Shown here: one piece after another, positions 9,963-19,420 of the stretch | How the letters are laid out: every line of letters begins with the position of its first letter | How positions within the stretch are numbered: the first letter of the stretch is position 1 | DNA from: Acidimicrobiia bacterium | GTDB lineage: Bacteria > Actinomycetota > Acidimicrobiia > Spongiisociales > Spongiisociaceae | Direction of reading: 5' to 3' | Assembly (NCBI GenBank): GCA_041576165.1 | Contig: JBFGLM010000026.1 | Location: forward strand, 1-64,000 | Length of the DNA: 64,000 bases | Made by a program: the position numbers and the translations under genes | Notes under the pieces: generated by a model | Told to the model about the DNA's origin: nothing | Database searches by the model: none | What the model saw: only the letters and a program-made list of their open reading frames with translations

Positions 9963-10468
9963 AATTCCTTGAAATAGTCGAACGGCTCACCGCACTCGTC
10001 ACACACCATGAGGGCTTTGCAGGCAGTAGAACCGAATTCGGACACCACCCTGGTCGACTCCGAGCGGCACCGGGTGCACAAGACCGGGGGACGCGCCGGA
10101 AGACCGGCTGGGTGCGGCGGGGCGATACCGAAGCTCTCGAGCTTGTGGCGGGCCGCAGGCGTGATCCAGTCCGTGGTCCATGGCGGTGACAGCACAGTCC
10201 GGATTTCGACCTCGCTCACGCCATGGTCGGCCAGCACCTGCAGAATGTCGCTCCGGATGGCGTCCATTGCCGGACAGCCCGAATATGTCGGCGTGATGGT
10301 CACGACAACGTTGCTGCCTTCGACGGCGACGTCACGGAGGATGCCGAGTTCGTCAATCGTCACCACCGGGATCTCTGGATCAACCACCCCGGCCAGCAGG
10401 GTCCGCACCTGCTCGGCGGTAGGTGGTGGGAGATCGGTGGTCCGGCGCGAGGCTCGTCGCTCAGTCAT
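9959..10468 (-). CDS. paaD: Phenylacetyl-CoA epoxidase subunit D
   Basis: DPEIPV, TPTYSGCPAM, PWTTDWIT, FGSTACKA, EPFDYFK. Confidence 0.93.
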   Translation of the reverse strand: MTERRASRRTTDLPPPTAEQVRTLLAGVVDPEIPVVTIDELGILRDVAVEGSNVVVTITPTYSGCPAMDAIRSDILQVLADHGVSEVEIRTVLSPPWTTDWITPAARHKLESFGIAPPHPAGLPARPPVLCTRCRSESTRVVSEFGSTACKALMVCDECGEPFDYFKEL

Positions 10469-11236
10469 CTACCACTCCGCGCCCGGGATCGCCCGGGGCA
10501 GATACTGCAGCTCGGCCAACATGTGCCCCAGGTGCTCGCTATGCAGCCCGGCCCGACCGCCGCTGCGCTGGAACGGGTCGCTGGGCACAGCCAGGGTCGC
10601 TCGGGTCAGGATTGTGGCCACCCGCTCGTGCCATGCAGCCTGCCATTGCGCGGGGTCGACCACAGTGCCTTGCTCGACGAGGCCGGCGTGGTCGTCCCCG
10701 ATGTCGAACAGTTCGCCGGTGAAGCGCCACAGAGCGTTGATGCCGGCTTGCATCCGGTGGTGGCTCTCCTCGGTGCCGTCGCCAAGGCGTATCACCCAGG
10801 CACCGGAATGCCGGTAGTGGTAGCGGGCTTCTTTCAGCGCCTTGCGGGCGATCCCCGCCAGCGTGTCGTCGGCGCTGGATGACAGCGCCTCCCACAGCGA
10901 CAGCTGATAGGCGTCGAAGAACAGTTGACGGGCCATCGTCTGCGCGAAGTCCCCGTTGGGTTGTTCCACCAATAGCACATTGCGGAATTCCCGCTCAGAT
11001 CGAAGGTACGCAAGCGCATCCTCGTCGCGCCCGGCACCCTCGACTTCACCGGCATACGTGAGAAGTGCGCGCGCCTGACCCATGTGGTCGAGCGCGATGT
11101 TCGTGAGCGCAATGTCCTCCTCCAGGTCGGGGCCGAGAGAGGTCCACTCGCCCAACCGCTGGGCGAGTATCAGGTTGTCGTCGCCGTGCCCCAGCACGTA
11201 GGTGAACAGGGCATCACGGGTGGCGAGGGTTTCCAT
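10469..11236 (-). CDS. paaC: Phenylacetyl-CoA epoxidase subunit C
   Basis: GDDNLILAQRLGEW, LEEDIALTNIALD, EQPNGDFA, GRxGxHSEHLG. Confidence 0.94.
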   Translation of the reverse strand: METLATRDALFTYVLGHGDDNLILAQRLGEWTSLGPDLEEDIALTNIALDHMGQARALLTYAGEVEGAGRDEDALAYLRSEREFRNVLLVEQPNGDFAQTMARQLFFDAYQLSLWEALSSSADDTLAGIARKALKEARYHYRHSGAWVIRLGDGTEESHHRMQAGINALWRFTGELFDIGDDHAGLVEQGTVVDPAQWQAAWHERVATILTRATLAVPSDPFQRSGGRAGLHSEHLGHMLAELQYLPRAIPGAEW

Positions 11237-11265
11237 TCGAGGTCACCTTCGTCCCTTGGAGCCGC

Positions 11266-11613
11266 TCACATGTGCCCCACTTCTTCAGGAATCTCGTAGA
11301 AGGTCGGATGCCGGTACAGCTTGTCGGCAAACGGGTCGAACCATTCGTCGGCCGCCTCTGGATCGGACGCCACAATCTCGGTGGACCGGACTACCCAGAT
11401 GGAGGTGCCTTCCACCCGGCGGGTGTAGACATCTCGTGCGTTCTGTAGCGCGGTCTCGGCATCGGGGGCGTGAAGACTGCCGGCGTGGACGTGGTTGAGT
11501 CCCCGCCGTTGGCGTACGAACACCTCCCACAGAGGCCAGCCGCGCCGAACCCCGGCGACCACATCGGCTGCGCGCTGTTCTTCACCCGGGGCAGTGTGTA
11601 CCTCATACGGCAT
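11266..11613 (-). CDS. paaB: Phenylacetyl-CoA epoxidase subunit B
   Basis: WPLWEVFVR, HAGSLHA, ARDVYTRR, YRHPTFY. Confidence 0.94.
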   Translation of the reverse strand: MPYEVHTAPGEEQRAADVVAGVRRGWPLWEVFVRQRRGLNHVHAGSLHAPDAETALQNARDVYTRRVEGTSIWVVRSTEIVASDPEAADEWFDPFADKLYRHPTFYEIPEEVGHM

Positions 11614-12569
11614 CAGGCGGCTCCCTCATCGGCGTGCTTGGCTGCATAGGCCTGAGCGGCCTCCCGCACCCAGGCGTTGTCTTCCCAGGCCCGGGTCTTG
11701 CGCTCGATCCGCTCCCGGTTCATGGGTCCATTGCCCTTCACGACTTGCCAGAACTCGTCCCAGTCGATCTCACCGAAGTCGTAGTGACTTCGAGCCTCGT
11801 TCCAGCGCAGCTCGGGGTCGGGGACGGTGAGCCCGAGATAGTCAGCCTGGGGCACGGTCATGTCCACAAACTGCTGGCGGAGCTCGTCATTCGACTGGCG
11901 TTTGATGTTCCAGGCCCGGGACCGCTCCGAATGGGTGGAGTCGGAGTCGTGAGGACCGAACATCATGAGCGACGGCCACCACCACCGGTTGAGGGCATCT
12001 TGCGCCATCGCCTTCTGCTCGTCGGTTCCCCGGCACAGGGTGATCATGATCTCGTAGCCCTGCCGCTGATGGAACGACTCCTCCTTGCAGATTCGCACCA
12101 TCGCCCGGGCGTAAGGACCGTAGGAGCAGCGGGTGAGCATGATCTGATTCGTGATCGCCGCGCCGTCGACGAGCCAGCCAATGGCGCCGATGTCCGCCCA
12201 CGTCAGGGTCGGATAGTTGAAGATCGACGAATACTTCTGGCGGCCGGTGTGCAGCGCCTCCAGCATCTCGTCGCGGGTCACTCCCAGCGTCTCCGCTGCC
12301 GAGTACAGGTAGAGCCCGTGCCCGGCCTCATCCTGCACCTTTGCCATCAGGATCGCTTTCCGTTTCAGGCTTGGGGCACGCGTGATCCAGTTGCCCTCCG
12401 GCTGCATGCCAATGATCTCGGAGTGGGCATGTTGGGCAATCTGGCGTATCAGCGTCTGGCGATAACCTTCCGGCATCCAGTCCTTGGGCTCGACCTTCTG
12501 ATCGGCGGCCAACAATGCGTCGAACAGTTCTTCACCACTGGTGACCGGCCGGTCATCGGTCAGCGACAC
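11613..12569 (-). CDS. paaA: Phenylacetyl-CoA epoxidase subunit A
   Basis: [41 protein letters not shown]. Confidence 0.96.
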   Translation of the reverse strand: MSLTDDRPVTSGEELFDALLAADQKVEPKDWMPEGYRQTLIRQIAQHAHSEIIGMQPEGNWITRAPSLKRKAILMAKVQDEAGHGLYLYSAAETLGVTRDEMLEALHTGRQKYSSIFNYPTLTWADIGAIGWLVDGAAITNQIMLTRCSYGPYARAMVRICKEESFHQRQGYEIMITLCRGTDEQKAMAQDALNRWWWPSLMMFGPHDSDSTHSERSRAWNIKRQSNDELRQQFVDMTVPQADYLGLTVPDPELRWNEARSHYDFGEIDWDEFWQVVKGNGPMNRERIERKTRAWEDNAWVREAAQAYAAKHADEGAA

Positions 12570-12605
12570 CTAGCAACCTCCGTGGTGGGGACCCGCCGAG
12601 TGTAA

Positions 12606-12623
12606 CAAACGAACGTTCGTTTG
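12606..12623. promoter_or_regulatory. Probable PaaR operator
   Basis: Perfect 18-bp palindrome CAAACGAACGTTCGTTTG 37 nt upstream of paaA; resembles CGNNCGNNCG-core PaaR sites. Confidence 0.75.
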
Positions 12624-12683
12624 GTTCTCGGAGGAGGTGGGAGCGACCCCCTAGCCTGGCTATGCCGACGTGGGAGGGATCAC

Positions 12684-13310
12684 CTGACCGAATCGCCGGT
12701 CCGGGCATTGGGTCGACAGGCGCAACTACTCGACGATCTCATCACCGAGTACGGCGTCTCACAGAGTCCGACCCGGCTGGCGAACTGGTCGGTGCGAGTC
12801 CTCGTCGGACACCTGCTGGCAGGAGTCGACGCAATCTGGCGGTGGAGAAGCGACCAGGCCGACTCGCCCAATACCGACGCCGTAGGCTATTGGGACTCCG
12901 CCGGAGCGGTCGCCGTTCTGAATCAGGATTGGGCGATCACGTTCGCCGCCAAACACAGCGACGAGCATCTGCTGAGCCAGATACGTGGACTGTTCAGCAA
13001 GTGTCAGGACCTCGCCGAGGAGCGGCTCGAGGATCGGACAATCGTCACACCGCTCGGGAGCTTGTGCTTGCGCGGCGACGACTTCGTGCGAACTCGGGTC
13101 CTCGAGCTCACCGTGCACGGATTCGATTTGCAGCGGGCCTACGGGGCGGAACTACGCGCCGACCCGGGTGCACTTGCCGTCACTGCGGCCATCCTCGACG
13201 GTCGATGAGACGGGCCGCGCCCGTCCGACCTAACCGATCCAATCGAGTGGATCGAAGCGGCCTCGGGTCGGGTCCCGCATCCCGATCCTCGGTTGCCGGT
13301 CCTCCGCTGA
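12684..13310 (+). pseudogene. Maleylpyruvate isomerase family (MDMPI/DinB-like) protein interrupted by an in-frame TGA at 13206-13208
   Basis: PTRLANWSVRVLVGHL and TRVLELTVHGFDL motifs. The frame continues past the TGA as DGPRPSDLTDPIEWIEAASGR...LPVLR to a stop at 13310. Start is uncertain (CTG 12684, or out-of-frame ATG 12662). Confidence 0.6.
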
Positions 13311-13368
13311 CCAATCATTCCGGTCGCGACCCCAGGACCTGTACAGTCCCGCCGATCAAGGAGGCGAC

Positions 13369-14130
13369 ATGGAAATCACAGGCGCATCGGCCATCGTCAC
13401 CGGGGGCGCATCCGGGCTCGGCGCGGCAACCGTCCGCAAGCTGGCCGAGTCGAACATGCGAGTGGTGCTCGTCGACATCAACGACGAGCTGGGCGACGCC
13501 GTTGCGTCGGAGGTGGGAGGCGCGTATGTGCGGGCCGATGTCACAGCCGAGGACGAACTGGCGGCCGCCATCGATGCCGCGCTCGAGATGGCACCGCTTC
13601 GGGTTTTGGTGAACTGTGCCGGGATCGGCCCGCCCCAACGAACGGTGAACCGCGATGGCGCGCCCCACGACCTGGCGCATTTCCAGAAGGTGATCGACAT
13701 CAATCTGGTAGGTACGTTCAATGCCACCCGCCTGGCGGCCGCTGCCATCGGCCGCACCGAGCCGCTCGCAGACAACGAGCGCGGCGCGATCGTCAACACC
13801 GCCTCGGTTGCCGCCTTTGACGGGCAGATCGGCCAGGCCGCCTATTCCGCCTCCAAAGGGGGCATCGTGGGGTTGACCTTGCCCGTCGCCCGCGATCTCG
13901 CCTCACTAGGTATCCGGGTGAACACGATCGCCCCTGGGATCATCGACACACCCCTCCTCGCCGGCCTCCCCGAACCGGCCAAAGAGAGCCTCGGTCAGCA
14001 GGTGCTTCACCCCAAACGCCTGGGGCGGCCCGACGAGTACGCCGAGCTCGCCCACCTCCTGATAACGCACTCATATATGAACGGCGAAACGATCCGAATG
14101 GATGGCGGCATCCGGATGACGCCCAAATAG
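13369..14130 (+). CDS. SDR family 3-hydroxyacyl-CoA dehydrogenase type II
   Basis: TGGASGLG, NCAGI, DGQIGQAAYSASKGG; GGAGG RBS. Confidence 0.9.
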   Translation: MEITGASAIVTGGASGLGAATVRKLAESNMRVVLVDINDELGDAVASEVGGAYVRADVTAEDELAAAIDAALEMAPLRVLVNCAGIGPPQRTVNRDGAPHDLAHFQKVIDINLVGTFNATRLAAAAIGRTEPLADNERGAIVNTASVAAFDGQIGQAAYSASKGGIVGLTLPVARDLASLGIRVNTIAPGIIDTPLLAGLPEPAKESLGQQVLHPKRLGRPDEYAELAHLLITHSYMNGETIRMDGGIRMTPK

Positions 14131-14143
14131 GACGTGCATACCT

Positions 14144-15805
14144 TCAAGCAGCGCAATGATCAGATTCGGCCGTCGGCAACTCGAGTCTGAACACCGACTC
14201 GTCCCCGTCTCGGTAATAGGAGAGCTCTCCTTGCATCAACCGGGTGAGGGCAGCCGCCACCGAGAGTCCGAGGCCCACCGACTCAGTGACACCACGCACC
14301 CGGCCCCCCGTCGCGTACGGCTCGAAGATCGAGTTGCGTAACTCATCAGGAATGCCCGGCCCGCTGTCACGAACTTCGACGACGGCAGTGTTCGATCCGG
14401 GCACAAGGACGAACCGGATCCTGGCGCCCCCATGTCGGAGGGCGTTAGTAAGCAGATTGCGGATGACCTGACGGACCCGCGCGGTGTCGCCCAAACCAAG
14501 CGGGGTCTCGCCCTCAGGCTCGGAGATGACCCGCTCGTCGAATTGCTCATCACAATGCCCGCAGAGCTCCATCACCATCTGGATCTCCTCGCGCAGATCG
14601 ACCGGGGACCGGGTCACCGCCAGTTCGTCCAGTTCAGCCCGGGCGGCCACCAAGAGGTCCTCCACCAAGAATGACATCTCTCTGCTCTGGTCCGAGATCA
14701 CCCGGATGAACTCACGCCGCTCGTCGTCTTCGTATTCGCCCCAATCGACCCTCAGCGTCTCGGTGAAACCAACGACGCCGGCCAGAGGCGTCCGGATCTC
14801 GTGACTGATGGACGCGATGAAACGATCCTTGTCGGCGACCAGGTTCTCGAGCTGCGCATTTGCGTCCGCCTGTAGGCGCTCGACCCGCCGCCGCTCGGTG
14901 GCGTCAACCAGCGCGGCCCGGATCTCGACCGCGTCTCCCCGTTCATCTCGCACCGGCTCCGCTGTGATCGAAACCCAGCGGTCGCCACCAAAGTCGGCGT
15001 TCAGTTGTAGTACCTCGTTGCGAATCTCACCGCCGTCCCGAGCACTCAGGAACACCTCTGCGGCGCGATCGCGGCCGCCCGGCCCCGGTGCGTACAGATC
15101 GATGCATCGCGCTCCCACAACGTCGGCTGGATCGCGGCCCAACAAGACGCCAGTTGTTTCATTGGCGCTCGTTATGCGACCGGTCGGATCGACGGTGAGG
15201 TAGGCGATAGGAGCACCTTCGTACAGCCCACGAAACCGAGCCTCCGATCGATCACGCTCCACCTCAGCCCGTCTCATGATGGCGGCGACTGTCAGGAATA
15301 GCGCACCCATGGCCAGGATCGCCAAGGTCCGGAGTCCGACCCCTGCGGCGAATTCTGTTACTGCGACGACCTGAGCTTCCGGATGAAACAGCGGCAAGGG
15401 GCGCCGTTCGGCCGCGAAGTGCAGGGGCACCTGGCCCAGTTCACTCATGGTGGCGACGAGGATCGTTGTGATGGCTCGCCGGCGCGGTAACACGATGGAC
15501 GACGCCGCAACGACGTAGAAGAGAACGAAATCCACGCCTACGATCGGCCCATACAGCCACCACAGCGCGAGCGCGACGGCGGTGTCGGCCCACATGGCAA
15601 CCTCGACCCTGCGCTCGAGCCGGCCCGGAAGGTGGCCGACGGCGATGGCCGTCACGCTCACGATCAGCAGGGCCAGCCCACGACGATCTTGTCCGATCAA
15701 GCCCATGGCCGCGCCGGCCATGGCCACTGCTGTATAGAAGCCAGAACGGATCGGTTGCAGGCGCCGCTGCAGTCCTTGAACGGTGCGCGACCGTGTTTCT
15801 TGCAT
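14144..15805 (-). CDS. Membrane PAS-domain sensor histidine kinase (orphan)
   Basis: Several TM segments, a PAS region, SHEIRTPL, RNLLTNALRH, DSGPGI, GLGL. Start approximate. Confidence 0.88.
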   Translation of the reverse strand: MQETRSRTVQGLQRRLQPIRSGFYTAVAMAGAAMGLIGQDRRGLALLIVSVTAIAVGHLPGRLERRVEVAMWADTAVALALWWLYGPIVGVDFVLFYVVAASSIVLPRRRAITTILVATMSELGQVPLHFAAERRPLPLFHPEAQVVAVTEFAAGVGLRTLAILAMGALFLTVAAIMRRAEVERDRSEARFRGLYEGAPIAYLTVDPTGRITSANETTGVLLGRDPADVVGARCIDLYAPGPGGRDRAAEVFLSARDGGEIRNEVLQLNADFGGDRWVSITAEPVRDERGDAVEIRAALVDATERRRVERLQADANAQLENLVADKDRFIASISHEIRTPLAGVVGFTETLRVDWGEYEDDERREFIRVISDQSREMSFLVEDLLVAARAELDELAVTRSPVDLREEIQMVMELCGHCDEQFDERVISEPEGETPLGLGDTARVRQVIRNLLTNALRHGGARIRFVLVPGSNTAVVEVRDSGPGIPDELRNSIFEPYATGGRVRGVTESVGLGLSVAAALTRLMQGELSYYRDGDESVFRLELPTAESDHCAA

Positions 15806-16086
15806 CCCGGTACCGAGTATCGGCACTCCGTGGCCGCCAGATTGAGGATGTTTGCCCCTCTGTCCGAGAGTCATCTGCCGTGACCGGCCCCACCTGCGAG
15901 GCCGGTGGGGTGGCGGCGGTCTGCTGCGGGCGCCGGCCCGAAAGCACGGTCGCGTCGGCGAAGCCGGGCGTCGCCGACAGTCCCGCCCGGTCATGACCCC
16001 CGGCCCTGTCACGGCTAAAAGTCCGGACATATGTTGGGAGCTGTGGAGACATCAACCATCAACAACGCCAACTCCGCGGAGGCGCC

Positions 16087-17361
16087 ATGAAGAATCTCGT
16101 TGTGCTGGGTGCGGGCACGGCGGGCACGATGATCGTCAACAGACTTCGGCCCCGCCTGTCCGAGTCCGAATGGGCCATCACGGCCATCGATCCGGCGAGC
16201 GAACACCATTACCAACCCGGATACCTGTTCATTCCCTTCGGGACCTACGACGCCCGTGAGGTCGTGAAGCCGGTCAAACCCCAGCTGGCAGCCGGAGTCG
16301 ACCTGGTCACGGCGGCCGTCGAACGGGTCGATCCAGAGCACTCGACGGTGCACCTGGCAGATGGCAAGACGGTGGAATACGACCAGCTCGTGATCGCAAC
16401 CGGTACCAGCCCGCGGCCCGACGAAACCGAGGGGATGGCCGGCGACCAGTTCCGGCGCACCGTCCACGAGTTCTACACGCTCGAAGGAGCCGTAGCGCTG
16501 CGGGACGCGTTGGAGCAATTCGACCGGGGACGGCTGGTCGTGCACATCACCGAGATGCCCATCAAATGCCCGGTGGCGCCGCTGGAGTTCGCATTTCTGG
16601 CCGATGCCCACTTGCGGGGACGGGGGTTGCGAGACCGGGTGGAGCTCGTGTACGTCACCCCGCTCGACGGCGCCTTCACCAAGCCCGTGGCTTCGCGCCA
16701 TCTGGGCGGCATGCTGGAAGAGCGCAAGATCGCGCTCGAGACGGACTTCATGATCGAGCGGGTCGATGACGGCAAGATCGTGTCCTTCGACGAACGCGAG
16801 ATCCCGTTCGATCTGCTGGTCACGGTGCCGCTCAACATGGGAGCCGATTTCGTCGGTCGGAGCGGGCTGGGCGACGAGCTCAACTACGTGAAGGTGGACA
16901 AGGGCACGTTCCTGTCGAACAACTACGACAACGTCTTTGCTGTGGGCGACGCCGCCGACCTGCCGACCTCGAAGGCGGGTTCGGTCGCGCATTTCGCCTC
17001 CGAGATCTTCGTCGAGAACTTCCTGCGGCACATCAAGGGTCTGCCGATGACCGCGCAGTTCGACGGCCACGCCAACTGCTTCATCGAATCGGGTGACGGG
17101 AAAGGTATGTTGATCGACTTCAACTACGACACCCAGCCCCTTCCCGGAAAGTACCCCCTGCCCGGGGTCGGTCCGTTCAGCCTGCTACGGGAAACGGAGA
17201 TGAACCACTGGGGGAAGCTCATGTTCAAGTGGATCTACTGGAACGTGCTCCTCCCCGGCAAGGAGCTGCCGCTGCCACCGCTCATGAATATGGCCGGAAA
17301 AGACATGGACCAGGACGACACACGGACCACCGCCAGGCAGCCGGGCGAAGTGGTGATGTGA
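16087..17361 (+). CDS. sqr: Sulfide:quinone oxidoreductase (type III-like)
   Basis: GAGTAG, HHYQPGYLF, IKCPVAPLEF, GDAADLPTSKAG, FDGHANCFIE. Confidence 0.85.
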   Translation: MKNLVVLGAGTAGTMIVNRLRPRLSESEWAITAIDPASEHHYQPGYLFIPFGTYDAREVVKPVKPQLAAGVDLVTAAVERVDPEHSTVHLADGKTVEYDQLVIATGTSPRPDETEGMAGDQFRRTVHEFYTLEGAVALRDALEQFDRGRLVVHITEMPIKCPVAPLEFAFLADAHLRGRGLRDRVELVYVTPLDGAFTKPVASRHLGGMLEERKIALETDFMIERVDDGKIVSFDEREIPFDLLVTVPLNMGADFVGRSGLGDELNYVKVDKGTFLSNNYDNVFAVGDAADLPTSKAGSVAHFASEIFVENFLRHIKGLPMTAQFDGHANCFIESGDGKGMLIDFNYDTQPLPGKYPLPGVGPFSLLRETEMNHWGKLMFKWIYWNVLLPGKELPLPPLMNMAGKDMDQDDTRTTARQPGEVVM

Positions 17362-18059
17362 TGACAACCCTCACCGCATCGCTCGACGAACGAGTAGAGA
17401 ACCTGACAGCCCAGGTGGCGGCATTGACCGCCGAACTGGATCGCCAGCGGGCCGAGCGCGACCGGAAGGCGGAGCTGGTCGATGACGGGACCGGCATCGT
17501 GCGCGAGGCGCTCCCCAGGCTGGTGGCCGAGCTGGAGCAGGCGGGCTTGACCGCCGAAGATCTCATCGGTCTGCTGCGCACCTTGGCCCGGACGGTGCCG
17601 GATCTCCGCGCGGCCCTCGAGCAGCTGGCGGTGCTCGCCGATCTCGCCCGGACGGGCGGGCCCCTCACCGGGCCCGTACTTGACCGCATGACCGAGTTAC
17701 TGGCTGAGCTCGAGCAGAGGGGTTACATCTCCTTTGCCCGGTCCGCCGCCGGCGTGGTCGACAACGTGGTCACCGCCTTCGCACCGGAGGACGTGGAGGC
17801 GCTGGGCGACAACATCGTTCTCATCCTGAACACCGTCAAGGAGATGACCCAGCCCGAGGTGATGCAGATGCTCCAGCGGACCATGCACATCGTGCAGGAG
17901 GTCCCCGAGCCTGCTGAGCCCCCATCGTTGCTCGCCATCTTGCGCGAGCTGCGCGGGCCTGAAGTGCGGCGGGGTCTGTACCGGGTGCTCACCGCCCTCC
18001 GCTCCGTGGGAAGCGCCACGCCACCGACCATGAAGAGTTTACCGAACAACACCACCTGA
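17361..18059 (+). CDS. DUF1641-like protein
   Basis: Helical protein with C-terminal PPSLLAILRELRGPEVRRGL; start overlaps the sqr stop (TGATG). Confidence 0.75.
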   Translation: MTTLTASLDERVENLTAQVAALTAELDRQRAERDRKAELVDDGTGIVREALPRLVAELEQAGLTAEDLIGLLRTLARTVPDLRAALEQLAVLADLARTGGPLTGPVLDRMTELLAELEQRGYISFARSAAGVVDNVVTAFAPEDVEALGDNIVLILNTVKEMTQPEVMQMLQRTMHIVQEVPEPAEPPSLLAILRELRGPEVRRGLYRVLTALRSVGSATPPTMKSLPNNTT

Positions 18060-18072
18060 AAGGAGGGGCGTG

Positions 18073-18387
18073 ATGCCCGTCGCAACCATTGGAAGCCGGG
18101 AGGTCAACGTCAACGACGAGGGCTTCATGACCGAGTACGACGAGTGGGATGAGGAGCTGGCCCGCCAGCTGGCCACCAACATCGGGATCGAGTTGACAGA
18201 AGATCACTGGCAAGCGATCCGGTTCGTGCGCGAGGACTACCAAGCGCAACGTGAGACGCCCACTCTGCGCCGGGTTGCCAACGAGGCAGGGATCCCGACC
18301 AAGCAGCTGTTCCAGCTGTTCCCCAAGAAACCGGCCAAGAAGATGGCCTACATAGCCGGGGTGCCCAAGCCGGTTGGATGCGTGTGA
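18073..18387 (+). CDS. TusE/DsrC/DsvC family sulfur relay protein
   Basis: DEGFM...W...LA...I.LTEDHW, LFP..PAK, C-terminal KPVGCV; AGGAGG RBS. Confidence 0.9.
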   Translation: MPVATIGSREVNVNDEGFMTEYDEWDEELARQLATNIGIELTEDHWQAIRFVREDYQAQRETPTLRRVANEAGIPTKQLFQLFPKKPAKKMAYIAGVPKPVGCV

Positions 18388-18413
18388 CCGGGTGAAAGGG
18401 AGGACGTGAAACC

Positions 18414-18923
18414 ATGACCACAACCACAGCTCCGGCGCCGATTCCGGTCTTTGAGGACGAAGGGGACGGTCGCAAGCTGGCAATCATCTGCTCGAAGGGG
18501 TCGCTCGACATGGCCTATCCCGGCCTCGTGCTCGCGAACGCCGCGTTGGGCGAAGGGATAGAAACCCACCTGTTCTTCACTTTTTGGGGTTTCGACATCA
18601 TCAACAAGAAGACGATGGAGCATCTGAAGTTCACCCCGGTGGGCAACCCGGCGACCCATATGCCGACCATGCTCATGGGCCTACCCGGTATGACCGCCTT
18701 CGCCACCCACATGATGAAAAGACAGATCGAAGGGATCGACATCCCGGATGTGCCGGAGTTCCTGGAAATGATCACCGACGCCGGCGGCCACCTGTGGGCG
18801 TGCCGGATGTCTGCCGACATGATGCACATAACCGAAGACCAGCTCTACGATCGAGTGGAAGGAATCATCAGCGCCTCCGACTTCATCGAGCTGTCGGAGG
18901 GCGCCCAGACCCTGTTCATATGA
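18414..18923 (+). CDS. DsrE/DsrF/DrsH-like sulfurtransferase
   Basis: KGSLDMAYP, LFFTFWG, WACRMSADMM, TLFI. Confidence 0.9.
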   Translation: MTTTTAPAPIPVFEDEGDGRKLAIICSKGSLDMAYPGLVLANAALGEGIETHLFFTFWGFDIINKKTMEHLKFTPVGNPATHMPTMLMGLPGMTAFATHMMKRQIEGIDIPDVPEFLEMITDAGGHLWACRMSADMMHITEDQLYDRVEGIISASDFIELSEGAQTLFI

Positions 18924-18989
18924 GTACCGTCCCAACCCGCGGGCGCTCCTCCCGACCAGGGGCGCCCGAAACTCGTGGAGGAGAACAAA

Positions 18990-19397
18990 ATGGACACGTA
19001 CCGCTTCAGCCTGGCGACGGACGAGAAGTTCGACCAGGCGGTAACCAACACGCGCAAAGCGCTCCAGGATCACGGCTTCGGAGTGCTGAGCGAGATCGAC
19101 GTCGCAGCCACGCTCAAGGAGAAGCTGGGTGTGGATCTGCCGCCCTACCTGATCCTGGGTGCCTGCAACCCCGGCTTTGCGCATCAGGCGCTGCGCGCTG
19201 AGCCCGGGATCGGGGTCCTACTGCCATGCAACGTTGTGGTTCGCGAAGAAGACGGGGGCACGGTGGTCGTCGATTTCATGGACCCGAGCTCGGTGCTGAA
19301 CATGGTTGATCACCCTGGGATAGACAAACTCGCACATGACGTCCGGTCGCTGCTCGAACAGGTCCGAGACGCCATCGCCAACCACCGCGACGGGTGA
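18990..19397 (+). CDS. DUF302 domain protein
   Basis: GFGVLSEIDV, YLILGACNP, LLPCNVVV. Confidence 0.9.
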   Translation: MDTYRFSLATDEKFDQAVTNTRKALQDHGFGVLSEIDVAATLKEKLGVDLPPYLILGACNPGFAHQALRAEPGIGVLLPCNVVVREEDGGTVVVDFMDPSSVLNMVDHPGIDKLAHDVRSLLEQVRDAIANHRDG

Positions 19398-19420
19398 ACA
19401 GTCGGTTCCCAGTGGCCGGT

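Noticed and set aside
12610-12619. CGAACGTTCG as a LexA box
   Set aside because: Lacks the 4-nt spacer; position and extended symmetry fit a PaaR operator better.
12662-13612. 316-aa plus-strand ORF
   Set aside because: Out of frame with the MDMPI and SDR motifs; low-complexity product.
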